From contig CAXXSL010000008.1 of the NCBI GenBank assembly GCA_963675525.2, forward strand, positions 64,001-128,000: a stretch of 64,000 bases of DNA, read 5' to 3'. The position numbers and the translations under genes were made by a program. This document shows, one piece after another, positions 21,789 to 31,529 of this stretch. Numbering within the stretch: position 1 is the first letter of the stretch; each line of letters begins with the position of its first letter. The notes below the pieces were generated by a model that was given only the letters and a program-made list of their open reading frames with translations, ran no database searches and was not told the DNA's origin. Source of the stretch: Anaerohalosphaeraceae bacterium. Lineage in GTDB: Bacteria > Planctomycetota > Phycisphaerae > Sedimentisphaerales > Anaerohalosphaeraceae.

Positions 21789-21867
21789 CGCTGCTCTTTT
21801 GTATCGTTTAAAAGAAATATTAAATCTACCTGTCTTGTTCTATATGAATAACCAATGAATCTTTTCC

Positions 21868-22896
21868 TTATCCACTATACGGCGGAGCTGTTGTGTTGCG
21901 AACCACCAGTTTCTCCTGCAAGAGAATTCGTTGCGGTTCGACCCGGCCCGGACGTTGGATTTGATCCAAAAGCAACTCTGCGGCTACTTTCCCCATTTTT
22001 TGCGAACCCAAATCAATGAAGGTCAGTCCCGGGCTCATAACCTTATTCGCATATTCATCACAATAGCACACAATACTCAATTGTTCAGGAACCGCGATAT
22101 TCAGAGAATGAGCCGCTTGTAAAAGATTCAAAGCCCCCATGTGCCCGTATGCTACAATTGCAGTAACTCCTTTTTCAAGAACCGTCTCCTTTAAATAGTC
22201 TTCAGCAGAGTCCAAAATATCATGAGGCCAAAAAATTGACTCAAGTCCGTGTTTCTGCATTTCGGATAAATAGGTATCATGCCTGTCAGGCAAACTGCTG
22301 TGGCCAGCCAAATAAGGCGGTAAAGGACCGCTATAGGCAATCTTTGAATGCCCCAATTCAAGTAAATGCTGAATGGCCATTTGCGTGCCACCTATATCAT
22401 CCGGAACGACCGAAGAACCGCCTTCTGGGCAGGCTCCGTTAACCACCACATAAGGTATTCCCAACTGAACAATTTCATCCATTGTGATGTCTGTGCATTT
22501 TGCAAGAATGATCGCTCCGTCTATTTTCCATGCCGGCATTTCACTGGCATCTGAAGCATGTCGAGACATGTCAACCGTCACGTCATAGTCTTTGGATGCT
22601 GAATCCATGATTTGAGTGATATTATTCACCACTGTCTGATAGATGTTTCCCAAATCGCTCAACGCATGATTCCCGCCAAAAATATGTATCATTCGTGTCG
22701 ATTGCATCGTCAGGCTCTTGGCAATGAGATTAGGTCGGTAATTGAGCTTTTTGGCGGTCTCTATCACTTTTCGGCGAACCTCATCTCTTACCGAAAAACC
22801 ATTTCCAAGACGGTTATTTAATATTCTGCTGACTGTCGATTTGCTGACACCAGCCGCATCAGCAACATCACTTAAGCTCGGCATTCCACTTTTCAT
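21868..22896 (-). CDS. LacI-family transcriptional regulator
   Basis: HTH SLSDVADAAGVSKSTVSRILN, YRPNLIAKSL hinge, HLLELGHSKIA, VPEQLSIV, LVVRNTT. Confidence 0.95.
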   Translation of the reverse strand: MKSGMPSLSDVADAAGVSKSTVSRILNNRLGNGFSVRDEVRRKVIETAKKLNYRPNLIAKSLTMQSTRMIHIFGGNHALSDLGNIYQTVVNNITQIMDSASKDYDVTVDMSRHASDASEMPAWKIDGAIILAKCTDITMDEIVQLGIPYVVVNGACPEGGSSVVPDDIGGTQMAIQHLLELGHSKIAYSGPLPPYLAGHSSLPDRHDTYLSEMQKHGLESIFWPHDILDSAEDYLKETVLEKGVTAIVAYGHMGALNLLQAAHSLNIAVPEQLSIVCYCDEYANKVMSPGLTFIDLGSQKMGKVAAELLLDQIQRPGRVEPQRILLQEKLVVRNTTAPPYSG

Positions 22897-22934
22897 AGGC
22901 TATTGCGCCCCTACATACAAATTGACATTTCCAT

Positions 22935-22989
22935 AAAGCAACCGGTTGCTTTGCCTTCTTATTATAATTCTTTCGACTTGTAAAATCAA
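22935..22989 (-). promoter_or_regulatory. lacI promoter plus perfect 18-bp operator palindrome (autoregulation)
   Basis: Minus-strand TTGATT(22989-84)-N17-TATAAT(22966-61), followed by AAAGCAACCGGTTGCTTT (22935-22952). Confidence 0.85.
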
Positions 22990-23043
22990 GCAATTTGTTG
23001 CTAAATCGACCAAAAAACCAAAAAACGACGTCTTTTTTGTCTT

Positions 23044-24990
23044 TTATCGGACCAATTTCAAAGAATAAATTCGCACCCTGCCTTCTCCCTGACCACCATG
23101 AAATAAAAGAGCAACTCCTTTCATTGAATGCAAATCAACTTTTCGCAGCCCTTTCTGATTGCCCCAATCTTTGCGGGCCTGAAGATTTTTAAGTTCAAAA
23201 CGGTAGATGAAACGCTCGCCCCTGCCTTGATTTGACGGGATCACAAAACTTTCCGCATCATCCCCGGCGGAGGTGTCATAAGAAACGGCATTTGGCGATT
23301 CGATGCCCGCTTCGTCCAAAAATAAATCAAACACAATATTTTGGGCAATTGTCGCATCCAGTTCAATGATAGAATAGCCATCCAGATTGGTTACATATTC
23401 CGCTCCTAATGGATTTTTAAATGCTTCCGGACCAAAAAACAAAACTCCACATCCCCATTCATTCCCTGTATCAAGCGGCATTGCCAGGAAGTTCGATTCT
23501 TTTTTCAGTTCCATTTTTGCATCCGGAGCATAAAACAATTCCGGCCCCTTGATCGGATTTTCAAGCAAGTCAACAGAGGGTGGACGATCAGGCCGTTGGC
23601 CGGGTTGGAAAACCACATCTTTGGGTTTTGGCAGAGATTCCGGCGCTTGACGGTCTGATTGGGCGTGCAGCTTTTTCGCTTGAGTATTTGTTTGCTTCAT
23701 CACCGTTAAGAGTTCGGTATACGGTTGATGGTAAATATCCACAATGCCGTAGTTGGAGTTTTCTCCATCAAAGCGTCCCTGAGGCGACTGGTCCGCAAAT
23801 TCAAACCAGTGGGCCCCGATCACAATAGGATACGACAGCAGATCCTCAATATATTTTTGATAATTTTCCGCACGCTGGGCCTGTGTTTTTACCACCGCAC
23901 CGGCACCGCCGGAATTGGGATTGCCGCTGGTATTCTCTTCGGCACGCCAGGAAAACTCGGTAACCATTAAGGGTTTTTTGCCGCCCCATATCCAGAAACG
24001 TGCCAGCATCTCCGCATCTGCTGAAGGAGAAGGCCGGTAGTCATTAAACGAAATCACATCACAGTAACGCCCGCATGCACGTATCACCGGTTCGGGCGCA
24101 TAGGCAGCATAACGGGTCCCCAGGATCAGTTTTCCCGGCAGCATTTGACGAACCGTCGCAGCAGCGGTTTTGTAAAATGTCTCTGCGGCAAGTTCCACAA
24201 AGACCTTGCGGTCTTCATTTGTCTGCGGATTGACGCAACTGCGTGCATATTCAAATGTCAGTTCGTCCCAGGAAGAAAGTGGTTTACCCCATGCTTTTGC
24301 TAACGCCTCAGTTGAAGCGTAGCGTACTTTCACAAAGTTTACAGCCGCCCGTCTGGCATCATCTTCATCCGGCAGGGATAAAGCAAGTTCTAATAACGTA
24401 TAATTGGCAATATCTCCCCATTTACCATGACCAAACCACGGCATTTCATTATCTAAAAAGACGCCGAAAATATTATCCAGAGAAGGGTATTGCTCCAACA
24501 TGAACTTTACATTTGTACGGACGCGGTCTTCAAATCCGGGACGCAATCCATCGAGGCAGCGGTCCGCAGCATGACCGGTAACATACAGGCACACCGTCCC
24601 ATACAAAGGTCCGTCATACAATTGGGCGTGAGACCAGGCCCCCAATGTATTGAAACCATGCTGCTGGAGTATCTTAAAAACATCGTTTTTCCATGCATCG
24701 ATGTTGCTGAATAAACTTGGAATCGGGGCATAGAATTGGGTATTCGGCCTGGGGCGAAATGGCTCCGGAATAATATTATCGATACCGATCGAAAGAAATT
24801 GGTTTCCCTGCGGATCAACGAACCAATATTTTCCGTTTGCATCGACTGTCACTTTGAACGCCGAGGCAGTTGATTTTGAGGGGGTATCTTCTCGATTCGC
24901 AATGGCACAGACTTGCAAAAACAACCCGCAAGCCAGCAACATAAGAATTTGCCGCTTAAATTGCCCCAAAATAACTATTTTATGATTCAT
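23044..24990 (-). CDS. Secreted GH50-like (agarase-fold) glycoside hydrolase with C-terminal CBM-like domain; probably a beta-glucanase
   Basis: YWFVDPQG..FLSIGID, GFNTLGAWS, GVFLDNEMPW, DVISFNDY, KPLMVTEFS, GAHWFEFADQ..GRFDGENSNYG. Confidence 0.72.
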   Translation of the reverse strand: MNHKIVILGQFKRQILMLLACGLFLQVCAIANREDTPSKSTASAFKVTVDANGKYWFVDPQGNQFLSIGIDNIIPEPFRPRPNTQFYAPIPSLFSNIDAWKNDVFKILQQHGFNTLGAWSHAQLYDGPLYGTVCLYVTGHAADRCLDGLRPGFEDRVRTNVKFMLEQYPSLDNIFGVFLDNEMPWFGHGKWGDIANYTLLELALSLPDEDDARRAAVNFVKVRYASTEALAKAWGKPLSSWDELTFEYARSCVNPQTNEDRKVFVELAAETFYKTAAATVRQMLPGKLILGTRYAAYAPEPVIRACGRYCDVISFNDYRPSPSADAEMLARFWIWGGKKPLMVTEFSWRAEENTSGNPNSGGAGAVVKTQAQRAENYQKYIEDLLSYPIVIGAHWFEFADQSPQGRFDGENSNYGIVDIYHQPYTELLTVMKQTNTQAKKLHAQSDRQAPESLPKPKDVVFQPGQRPDRPPSVDLLENPIKGPELFYAPDAKMELKKESNFLAMPLDTGNEWGCGVLFFGPEAFKNPLGAEYVTNLDGYSIIELDATIAQNIVFDLFLDEAGIESPNAVSYDTSAGDDAESFVIPSNQGRGERFIYRFELKNLQARKDWGNQKGLRKVDLHSMKGVALLFHGGQGEGRVRIYSLKLVR

Positions 24991-25064
24991 AGAATTCCTA
25001 AGAATTAGACATACTGTTCCACTGCAATGACCAAGTGAGCCGTCCAGAAATTGACCAAACTCGG

Positions 25065-25144
25065 TAGAAACCGATTGCTATTCTATTATTATTACATCAT
25101 TCTGTCAAGATGTAGTTGACAGATTTAAACTATTTGGCTATATT
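25065..25144. promoter_or_regulatory. Divergent sigma70 promoters with LacI-type operator
   Basis: Operator TAGAAACCGATTGCTA (25065-80). Minus: TTGACA(25108-03)-N17-TAGAAT. Plus: TTGACA(25116-21)-N17-TATATT. Confidence 0.8.
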
Positions 25145-25200
25145 TACGTTAATCGCTGAATTGCTGGGCGCAGAAAAAAACTGTTATAAACCCAAAAAAG

Positions 25201-26637
25201 GTGAGTATGAGCCAGAAAACACATTATAGCACCGCCCCGGAGGACCGTATCCCCCTCAAACAGAAATCGGCATACGCCGTCGGCATGTTCGTAAACAATC
25301 TGCAGGCCGCGGCCCTTCCGGCGATGATGGTCATTCTCATTCTCGGGCTTAAAATTAACCCGATATTGGTTGGTTTCGTCGGTTTTATTCCCAGAATATT
25401 TGATGCGATCTCCGACCCTATGATGGGATACATCTCTGACAACACGCGGACCCGATGGGGTCGACGCAGACCATACATCTTCGGTGGTGCCATTCTGGCC
25501 GGCATCATATTTGCGCTTATGTGGCAGTTTCCTGAAGGACATAGCGAAATGTTCTACTTCTGGGCCTTCTTAGTAATGTCGATATTATTCTTCTTAGCTT
25601 ATACCGTGTATGCAACGCCTTTTGTGGCTTTCGGATATGAAATGACGCCCGACTATCACGAACGAACCAGATTGCATGCATTTGCAAACACCGTCGGCCA
25701 GTTAGCATGGCTTGGCGTACCATGGTTCTACGCCTTAATGGCAAGCTCGCTATTCAGGGACACCGTTCACGGCGCCAGAGTTTTAGCTATTGCCGTTGGG
25801 ATAACGGTAGCCCTATTAGGTGTCATACCCGCCATCTTCTGTAAAGAAAGATTTGTCACGCTACCAAAGTCCGAAAAGAAACAGGGTCTCGCAGCAAACA
25901 CTTTCGAGTTCCTAAAAGGCATCGGCATTACCTTCAAGTGCAAACCGTTCGTGAAACTTTGTGGGGCGACTTTCCTGGTCTTCAACGGCTTCCAGCTTGG
26001 AATATCTTTTTCGTTATTCATAATGATCTATTATCTTTTCAATGGAGACGATGGACAAGCAGGAATATTAAATGGTTGGTTTGGAATGATCACATCAATC
26101 GCCACCTTGGCAGTGATCCCATTAACCGGTTGGATTGCGACTAAAATAGGAAAACAAAGAACATTCCTCTTAACGATCTCTCTGTCCATCGCAGGATACG
26201 CTTTAAAATGGTTCGGATATAACCCCGCCCATCCGTACTGGCTCATCGCCGCAGCCCCATTTGTCGCCTTTGGAACCGGCTCCCTGTTTACACTGATGGG
26301 TTCGATGATCTCAGATGTCTGTGATTACGATGAACTGGAAACACATCAGCGCCGCGAGGGAGTCTTTGGAGCGATTTACTGGTGGATGGTTAAAGTTGGA
26401 ATGGCACTGGCGGGGTTGCTTACAGGGTTCATGCTTAAAGCATCGGGCTTTGATGTCGACTTGGTCGGGGGCCAAACGGAACGAACCATGTTCCTGCTTA
26501 GAACATTCGATGTGGGTATCCCCATTATTACCTCCGCAATCGCCCTGTTTATTATTGCCACCTACAGTCTAACAGAAACGAGAGCCCACGAAATCCGAGC
26601 GGAGTTGGAACAGCGGCGAGGCAAAATAACCGCATAA
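25201..26637 (+). CDS. GPH-family (MelB-like) MFS sugar/oligosaccharide transporter
   Basis: PRIFDAISDPMMGYISDNTRTRWGRRRPYI, EMTPDYHERTRL, DVCDYDELETHQRREG; about 12 TMs. Confidence 0.93.
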   Translation: MSMSQKTHYSTAPEDRIPLKQKSAYAVGMFVNNLQAAALPAMMVILILGLKINPILVGFVGFIPRIFDAISDPMMGYISDNTRTRWGRRRPYIFGGAILAGIIFALMWQFPEGHSEMFYFWAFLVMSILFFLAYTVYATPFVAFGYEMTPDYHERTRLHAFANTVGQLAWLGVPWFYALMASSLFRDTVHGARVLAIAVGITVALLGVIPAIFCKERFVTLPKSEKKQGLAANTFEFLKGIGITFKCKPFVKLCGATFLVFNGFQLGISFSLFIMIYYLFNGDDGQAGILNGWFGMITSIATLAVIPLTGWIATKIGKQRTFLLTISLSIAGYALKWFGYNPAHPYWLIAAAPFVAFGTGSLFTLMGSMISDVCDYDELETHQRREGVFGAIYWWMVKVGMALAGLLTGFMLKASGFDVDLVGGQTERTMFLLRTFDVGIPIITSAIALFIIATYSLTETRAHEIRAELEQRRGKITA

Positions 26638-26681
26638 ACATCAACACGTTTTTCAATAAAACAACAAAGGAAAGTAATAAG

Positions 26682-28124
26682 ATGGCTCAGAGAATTATCG
26701 TTTTCGGCATGATAGGCCTGCTATGTGTTTTCGCAGGATGTAAGCCCAAAAACGAACAGGGGAAGCAATCTGTTGCACCTGAAATGAAAACAATCCAAAT
26801 TATTGTTACCGCCGGTGAAACCGGCGATCGCCTGACCGTGAAGGAACCGATCGTTTTAGGTTCTTCGGCAGCGCCCGATGTTTCAGAATCAATCACGATT
26901 GATGCATCCAAAACTTATCAGTCCATCACGGGCTTTGGCGGATCGTTCACGGAAGCGGCTGCTTATACCCTTTCAAAGATGAGCCCCGATAAACGGACGG
27001 AAGTTCTCAATGCCTATTTTAATCCAAAAGAAGGACTTGGGTACACCCTTTGCCGAACGCATATCAACAGCGCCGACTTTTCTCTGGGCAACTATTCGTA
27101 TAATGAGGTTGACGGCGACTTCGAACTTAAACACTTCGACATCTCGCGTGATAAAAAATGGCTTATCCCCATGATCAAAGACGCCATGGCTGTCGAAGGA
27201 GCGAACTTTAAGCTGTTCTCATCACCCTGGAGCCCACCGGCATGGATGAAAACAAACGGCCAGATGAATTACGGCGGGCAACTCCGAGCCGAATGCCGCG
27301 ATGTATGGGCGCGCTATTATGCACGATATATCAAAGAATACGCAAAGGAGGGAATTACTATCTGGGGACTGACTGTTCAGAATGAACCGGCTGCAACCCA
27401 GACATGGGATTCCTGTATCTATTCGGCCGAAGAGGAAGGTGCTTTTGTACGGGATCACCTGGGGCCAACTCTTGAAAAAGAGGGACTGGGCAACGTCAAG
27501 ATCATTGTATGGGATCACAACAAGGATATCATTTATGAGCGTGCAGAACCAATTTTATCCGACCCGGAAACAGCGAAGTACGTCTGGGGCGTTGGGTTTC
27601 ACTGGTACTCCGGTGATGAGTTCGAAAATCTCGCCAAGGTTCATGATGCCTTTCCGAATACTAACCTGCTATTTACCGAAGGATGCCAGGAAGGCGGTGT
27701 CAGGCTGGGTGCCTGGGATCTTGGCGAACGGTATGCACACGACATCATCGGCGACTTGAATAACTGGACCGTGGGTTGGGTTGACTGGAACATGGTTTTG
27801 GATGAACGAGGCGGTCCCAACCACGTGGATAATCTCTGCGATGCCCCGGTAATTGCGGATACAACAAGAAATGATGTGTATTACCAGAGTTCGTTCTATT
27901 ATATGGGACACTTCAGCAAGTATATCCGCCCCGGTGCAGTTCGTATCGCCAGTTCAGCCACCAACGAGGCACTTGAGACAACCGCCTTTAAGAATCCGGA
28001 CAACTCCATCGCCATCGTTGTTCTGAATCGCACCGATGAGGAAATCAAATTCAATCTTAAGCTCGATGGAAAGATTGCCGCCTGTTCAAGTCCGGCTCAT
28101 TCAATCATGACAATGATCTATTAA
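26682..28124 (+). CDS. GH30 (GH30_1-like) lipoprotein
   Basis: Lipobox VFAGC; GFGGSFTE, SSPWSPPAWMK, VQNEP, FTEGCQE, WVDWN, GPNHV. Confidence 0.9.
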   Translation: MAQRIIVFGMIGLLCVFAGCKPKNEQGKQSVAPEMKTIQIIVTAGETGDRLTVKEPIVLGSSAAPDVSESITIDASKTYQSITGFGGSFTEAAAYTLSKMSPDKRTEVLNAYFNPKEGLGYTLCRTHINSADFSLGNYSYNEVDGDFELKHFDISRDKKWLIPMIKDAMAVEGANFKLFSSPWSPPAWMKTNGQMNYGGQLRAECRDVWARYYARYIKEYAKEGITIWGLTVQNEPAATQTWDSCIYSAEEEGAFVRDHLGPTLEKEGLGNVKIIVWDHNKDIIYERAEPILSDPETAKYVWGVGFHWYSGDEFENLAKVHDAFPNTNLLFTEGCQEGGVRLGAWDLGERYAHDIIGDLNNWTVGWVDWNMVLDERGGPNHVDNLCDAPVIADTTRNDVYYQSSFYYMGHFSKYIRPGAVRIASSATNEALETTAFKNPDNSIAIVVLNRTDEEIKFNLKLDGKIAACSSPAHSIMTMIY

Positions 28125-28148
28125 GCTCGACGCAACAGCCGGTCTCTG

Positions 28149-31100
28149 ATGTTTTTGAAAGGTTCACCTATGCATAAAATATTCAGTTTTCTCTTGTTCG
28201 CTGTTTTGATGTTTTCGGTTTCATTGAAAGCAGATTATAAACTTATCTGGTCGGAGGAGTTTGATTCTCCGGAAATTGATGCGGCTATTTGGACGGCCGA
28301 AACAAATCCGGGAGTCGTCTACGATGCTCATGAGAAACAGTTTTACACTGACAGACAAAGCAATCGTTTTATCAAAGACGGGACACTTATCATCCGGGCT
28401 CAAAAAGAGCAATACATGATAAACGATTACACATCCGCCAGACTGAATACGTACGGGGCATTTAGCTTGCGTTATGGAAAGATCCAGGCACGGATTAAAA
28501 CCGCAAGCGGAAACGGGCTTCGATGCAAACTCTTTATGCTCCCTGAAACCCTTGAATACGGTGCCTGGGCTCGCAGCGGCCAGATCGACATCATGGAAAC
28601 GCAGGGAGCAAATCCGGATCGCATCAAAGGAGGCATCTTCCACGGCGGGCAGGGACACTACAGTACATACTCCGGCGGAGAGCATGTTGCCGAAGGCGTT
28701 GATTTTTCAAAGGACTATCACATTTATACGATTGAATGGCAGGCGTACGAAATGCGCTGGTTTATCGACGGGAAACTTTACGCCATGCAAAACCAATGGA
28801 GCAGCTTTTCGGCCGATTACCCGGCCCCATTTGATAAGCCGTTTTATCTTGCGTTAAACGTTGCTGTTGACGGCGATACCGATGGCAGCCGATTTCCCGC
28901 CGAAATGAGCATCGACTGGATACGGGCCTACCAGATCGAAGGCGATAACCAGCCTCCACGGATCACGATTACTTCTCCGGCCTCTGATGCAACAGTTGAT
29001 ACCGGCGATCTGCAGATTACCGTCAACGCATCAGATGAAGACGATAACCTGGAAAAAGTTGAATTCTACAACCAGAACGACTTATTGGGAACAGCCACAG
29101 ATGCCCCTTATAGTTTTAACTGGAACGTCCCGGACGGGTGTCATATCCTCACTGCAAGAGCCGTTGACGCGGCCGGATTCGGGTGCAGCGACAGCGTTGA
29201 GTTTGTAGCCGGGATCGGTTGCCCGCCCGCACCTTATCACGGCAACCCCGTTGACCTGCCCGGAAGAGTCGAAGCGGAAGATTTCGACACAAGCCCGAAA
29301 GAAAAGGCCTATTGGGATACGGATGAAAGTAATAATGGCGGCGCCTACCGTAAAACCGGTGTGGATATTCAGGATTGCCTTGAAGGCGGCTATAACCTCG
29401 GCTGGTTAGAATCCGGCGAATGGCTGGAATACACCGTCAACATAAAAAAAGCCGGCACCTATGACATCGTTTGTCGGACCGGTTCGCCATGGGATGGCGC
29501 CAAACTGCACGTGGAATTCAACGAAGAAAATAAAACGGGCACCCTGGAAGTTGTCAACACCGGCGACTGGCAAAACTACACGCATCTGATCAAAAAGCGT
29601 GTCCATCTTGAAGCCGGTGTCCAGAAAATGAAAGTGGTCATCGAAAACGGTGGTTTTAATCTCAATTATATCGAAGTGAATCCGTCTCAAGATTCTTCAG
29701 CGGTCAACCAAAATAATGTCCCGTTTTTAAGTGGAACGAATTTCGTCAATAAAAATGGTGACAAAATTGTATTGAAGGGATGCAATCTTGGAAGCTGGCT
29801 CAACCTTGAGATGTGGATGATGGATATTAAAGACGAAGAAAAATATCCCGATCAATACACCATTGAAAAAGTACTGCAGGAACGATTTGGAAAAACAGAA
29901 AAAGACCGGATCATGAACCTGCACCGCGAGAACTGGATCACAGAACGGGATCTTGAGATCGTCCGCTCACTGGGCTTTAACTGCATTCGCGTTCCGTTTC
30001 ATTATAACATCATCGAAGATGATGATAAACCGATGCAGCTTAAAAAAGATGCGTGGCGATGGTTCGATTATATTATTGAAAAAGCCGGGCAATACGAATT
30101 GTATGTGATTCTGGACCTTCACGCCGCGGCGGGCTGCCAAAATCTGTTTGATCATTCCGGCAGAAAGGACTGGAACAAGCTATGGGAAGACCGGATTTAT
30201 TGGAAACGAACCGCCTGGCTTTGGGAGCAGATTGCACAGCGCTATAAGGACTCAGAGACGATTGTATGTTACCAGCCAATTAATGAGCCATGGGGCGGAA
30301 CGATCGAACAGCAAACGGAACTTTTTGATTATCTCTATAAGGCAATCCGTAAACACGATAATAAGCACGTCATTATCGCTTCGGCCCATTTTACCGGATT
30401 TGACCATTTCGGACATCCGGCCGATCAAGGCTGGGTTGGCGTTGGATTCTCACAAAACTTTTACCCCGGACTCTTTGGCGGCGGAGCCATTGTCCCGGAG
30501 ACGCATAAGAATTTTTTTCAATGGCTCGATGACGAGCTTGCGCCAAAGCTGGCATCACTGAACACCCCATTTCTTGTCACCGAGTTCAACGTCGTATTTA
30601 ATGCTGCCGGCGGTGGTCAGATGATGCGGCGTCACTATGATGCGTATGCAAAGCATGGCTGGGCCGCGACAATGTGGAGCTATAAGCTGATTACAAGTCC
30701 GGGCAAAAAAAATACCGGAGGCTGGTGGCTGATCACAAACACCGGTCATCAGAAAACCGGCGCATGGTGGATCGTGACCAACAAAACACCTCTGCTGGCA
30801 GTCGATTTCAATACCGCCGAAAAGGAACAGATCGAAGCATGGTTCAGATCATTTTCAACTGTCGACTATGAAGTCAACGAACCGCTGAAAAAAGCATTAA
30901 CAGCGAAAGATATTCCCGGCCCGATCGAAACCGTCGCACCGGAAACAATGACCGTCCCCCCGGCAACCGACGTTCTGGACGGCTGGACAGCCGCCGACAT
31001 CAACGATCCTCTTCCGGGCGGTCAGAAAGCAGTATCCGATACTGCAATTGATCTATATGCCGCCGGAAGCGATGTGTATGGCACCGAGGACCAGTTTCGT

Positions 31101-31529
31101 TTTGTCTATCAAAAGCTCTCGGGCGACTTTACTCTGTCAACAACAATGGATTATCTGACATTCACACATACCTATGCCAAGGCGGGCCTTATGATCCGTC
31201 AGGACCTGGAAAAGGATTCGGTTTTTGCATCCATAAATATTTTTCCCGACGGCAGTGTGGAGTACGGAGCAAGGCCCGTCAAGGGACAGAACGTCTGGAC
31301 TAAAATTGTAATGGGCCCCGAACTGCCTGAGATTCAATTGAAGCTCGTGCGAAAAGGCAACGTCATCGAACGGTATTTTGCCTGCGGCGGAAGTGACTGG
31401 GATAAGCTCGACTCAGTTGAATTTGACGACATGCAGGCGAACGTTTATGCCGGGCTGTTCTGTACAAGCCATGACAATCAGAAACTTGCAACCGCAAAAT
31501 TCCGGGGTATTGTGTTGGAGAGCAACTAA
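28149..31529 (+). CDS. Multimodular secreted enzyme: degenerate GH16 + Ig + CBM6 + GH5 + C-terminal lectin-like domain
   Basis: GH16 WSEEF, YTSARL, but GQIDIME; CBM6 VEAEDFD..GWLESGEWLEY..TGDWQ; GH5 LKGCNLGSWL, RVPF, ILDLH, INEP, VTEF; C-terminal FRFVYQKLSGDF..AKAGLMIR. Confidence 0.85.
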   Translation: MFLKGSPMHKIFSFLLFAVLMFSVSLKADYKLIWSEEFDSPEIDAAIWTAETNPGVVYDAHEKQFYTDRQSNRFIKDGTLIIRAQKEQYMINDYTSARLNTYGAFSLRYGKIQARIKTASGNGLRCKLFMLPETLEYGAWARSGQIDIMETQGANPDRIKGGIFHGGQGHYSTYSGGEHVAEGVDFSKDYHIYTIEWQAYEMRWFIDGKLYAMQNQWSSFSADYPAPFDKPFYLALNVAVDGDTDGSRFPAEMSIDWIRAYQIEGDNQPPRITITSPASDATVDTGDLQITVNASDEDDNLEKVEFYNQNDLLGTATDAPYSFNWNVPDGCHILTARAVDAAGFGCSDSVEFVAGIGCPPAPYHGNPVDLPGRVEAEDFDTSPKEKAYWDTDESNNGGAYRKTGVDIQDCLEGGYNLGWLESGEWLEYTVNIKKAGTYDIVCRTGSPWDGAKLHVEFNEENKTGTLEVVNTGDWQNYTHLIKKRVHLEAGVQKMKVVIENGGFNLNYIEVNPSQDSSAVNQNNVPFLSGTNFVNKNGDKIVLKGCNLGSWLNLEMWMMDIKDEEKYPDQYTIEKVLQERFGKTEKDRIMNLHRENWITERDLEIVRSLGFNCIRVPFHYNIIEDDDKPMQLKKDAWRWFDYIIEKAGQYELYVILDLHAAAGCQNLFDHSGRKDWNKLWEDRIYWKRTAWLWEQIAQRYKDSETIVCYQPINEPWGGTIEQQTELFDYLYKAIRKHDNKHVIIASAHFTGFDHFGHPADQGWVGVGFSQNFYPGLFGGGAIVPETHKNFFQWLDDELAPKLASLNTPFLVTEFNVVFNAAGGGQMMRRHYDAYAKHGWAATMWSYKLITSPGKKNTGGWWLITNTGHQKTGAWWIVTNKTPLLAVDFNTAEKEQIEAWFRSFSTVDYEVNEPLKKALTAKDIPGPIETVAPETMTVPPATDVLDGWTAADINDPLPGGQKAVSDTAIDLYAAGSDVYGTEDQFRFVYQKLSGDFTLSTTMDYLTFTHTYAKAGLMIRQDLEKDSVFASINIFPDGSVEYGARPVKGQNVWTKIVMGPELPEIQLKLVRKGNVIERYFACGGSDWDKLDSVEFDDMQANVYAGLFCTSHDNQKLATAKFRGIVLESN

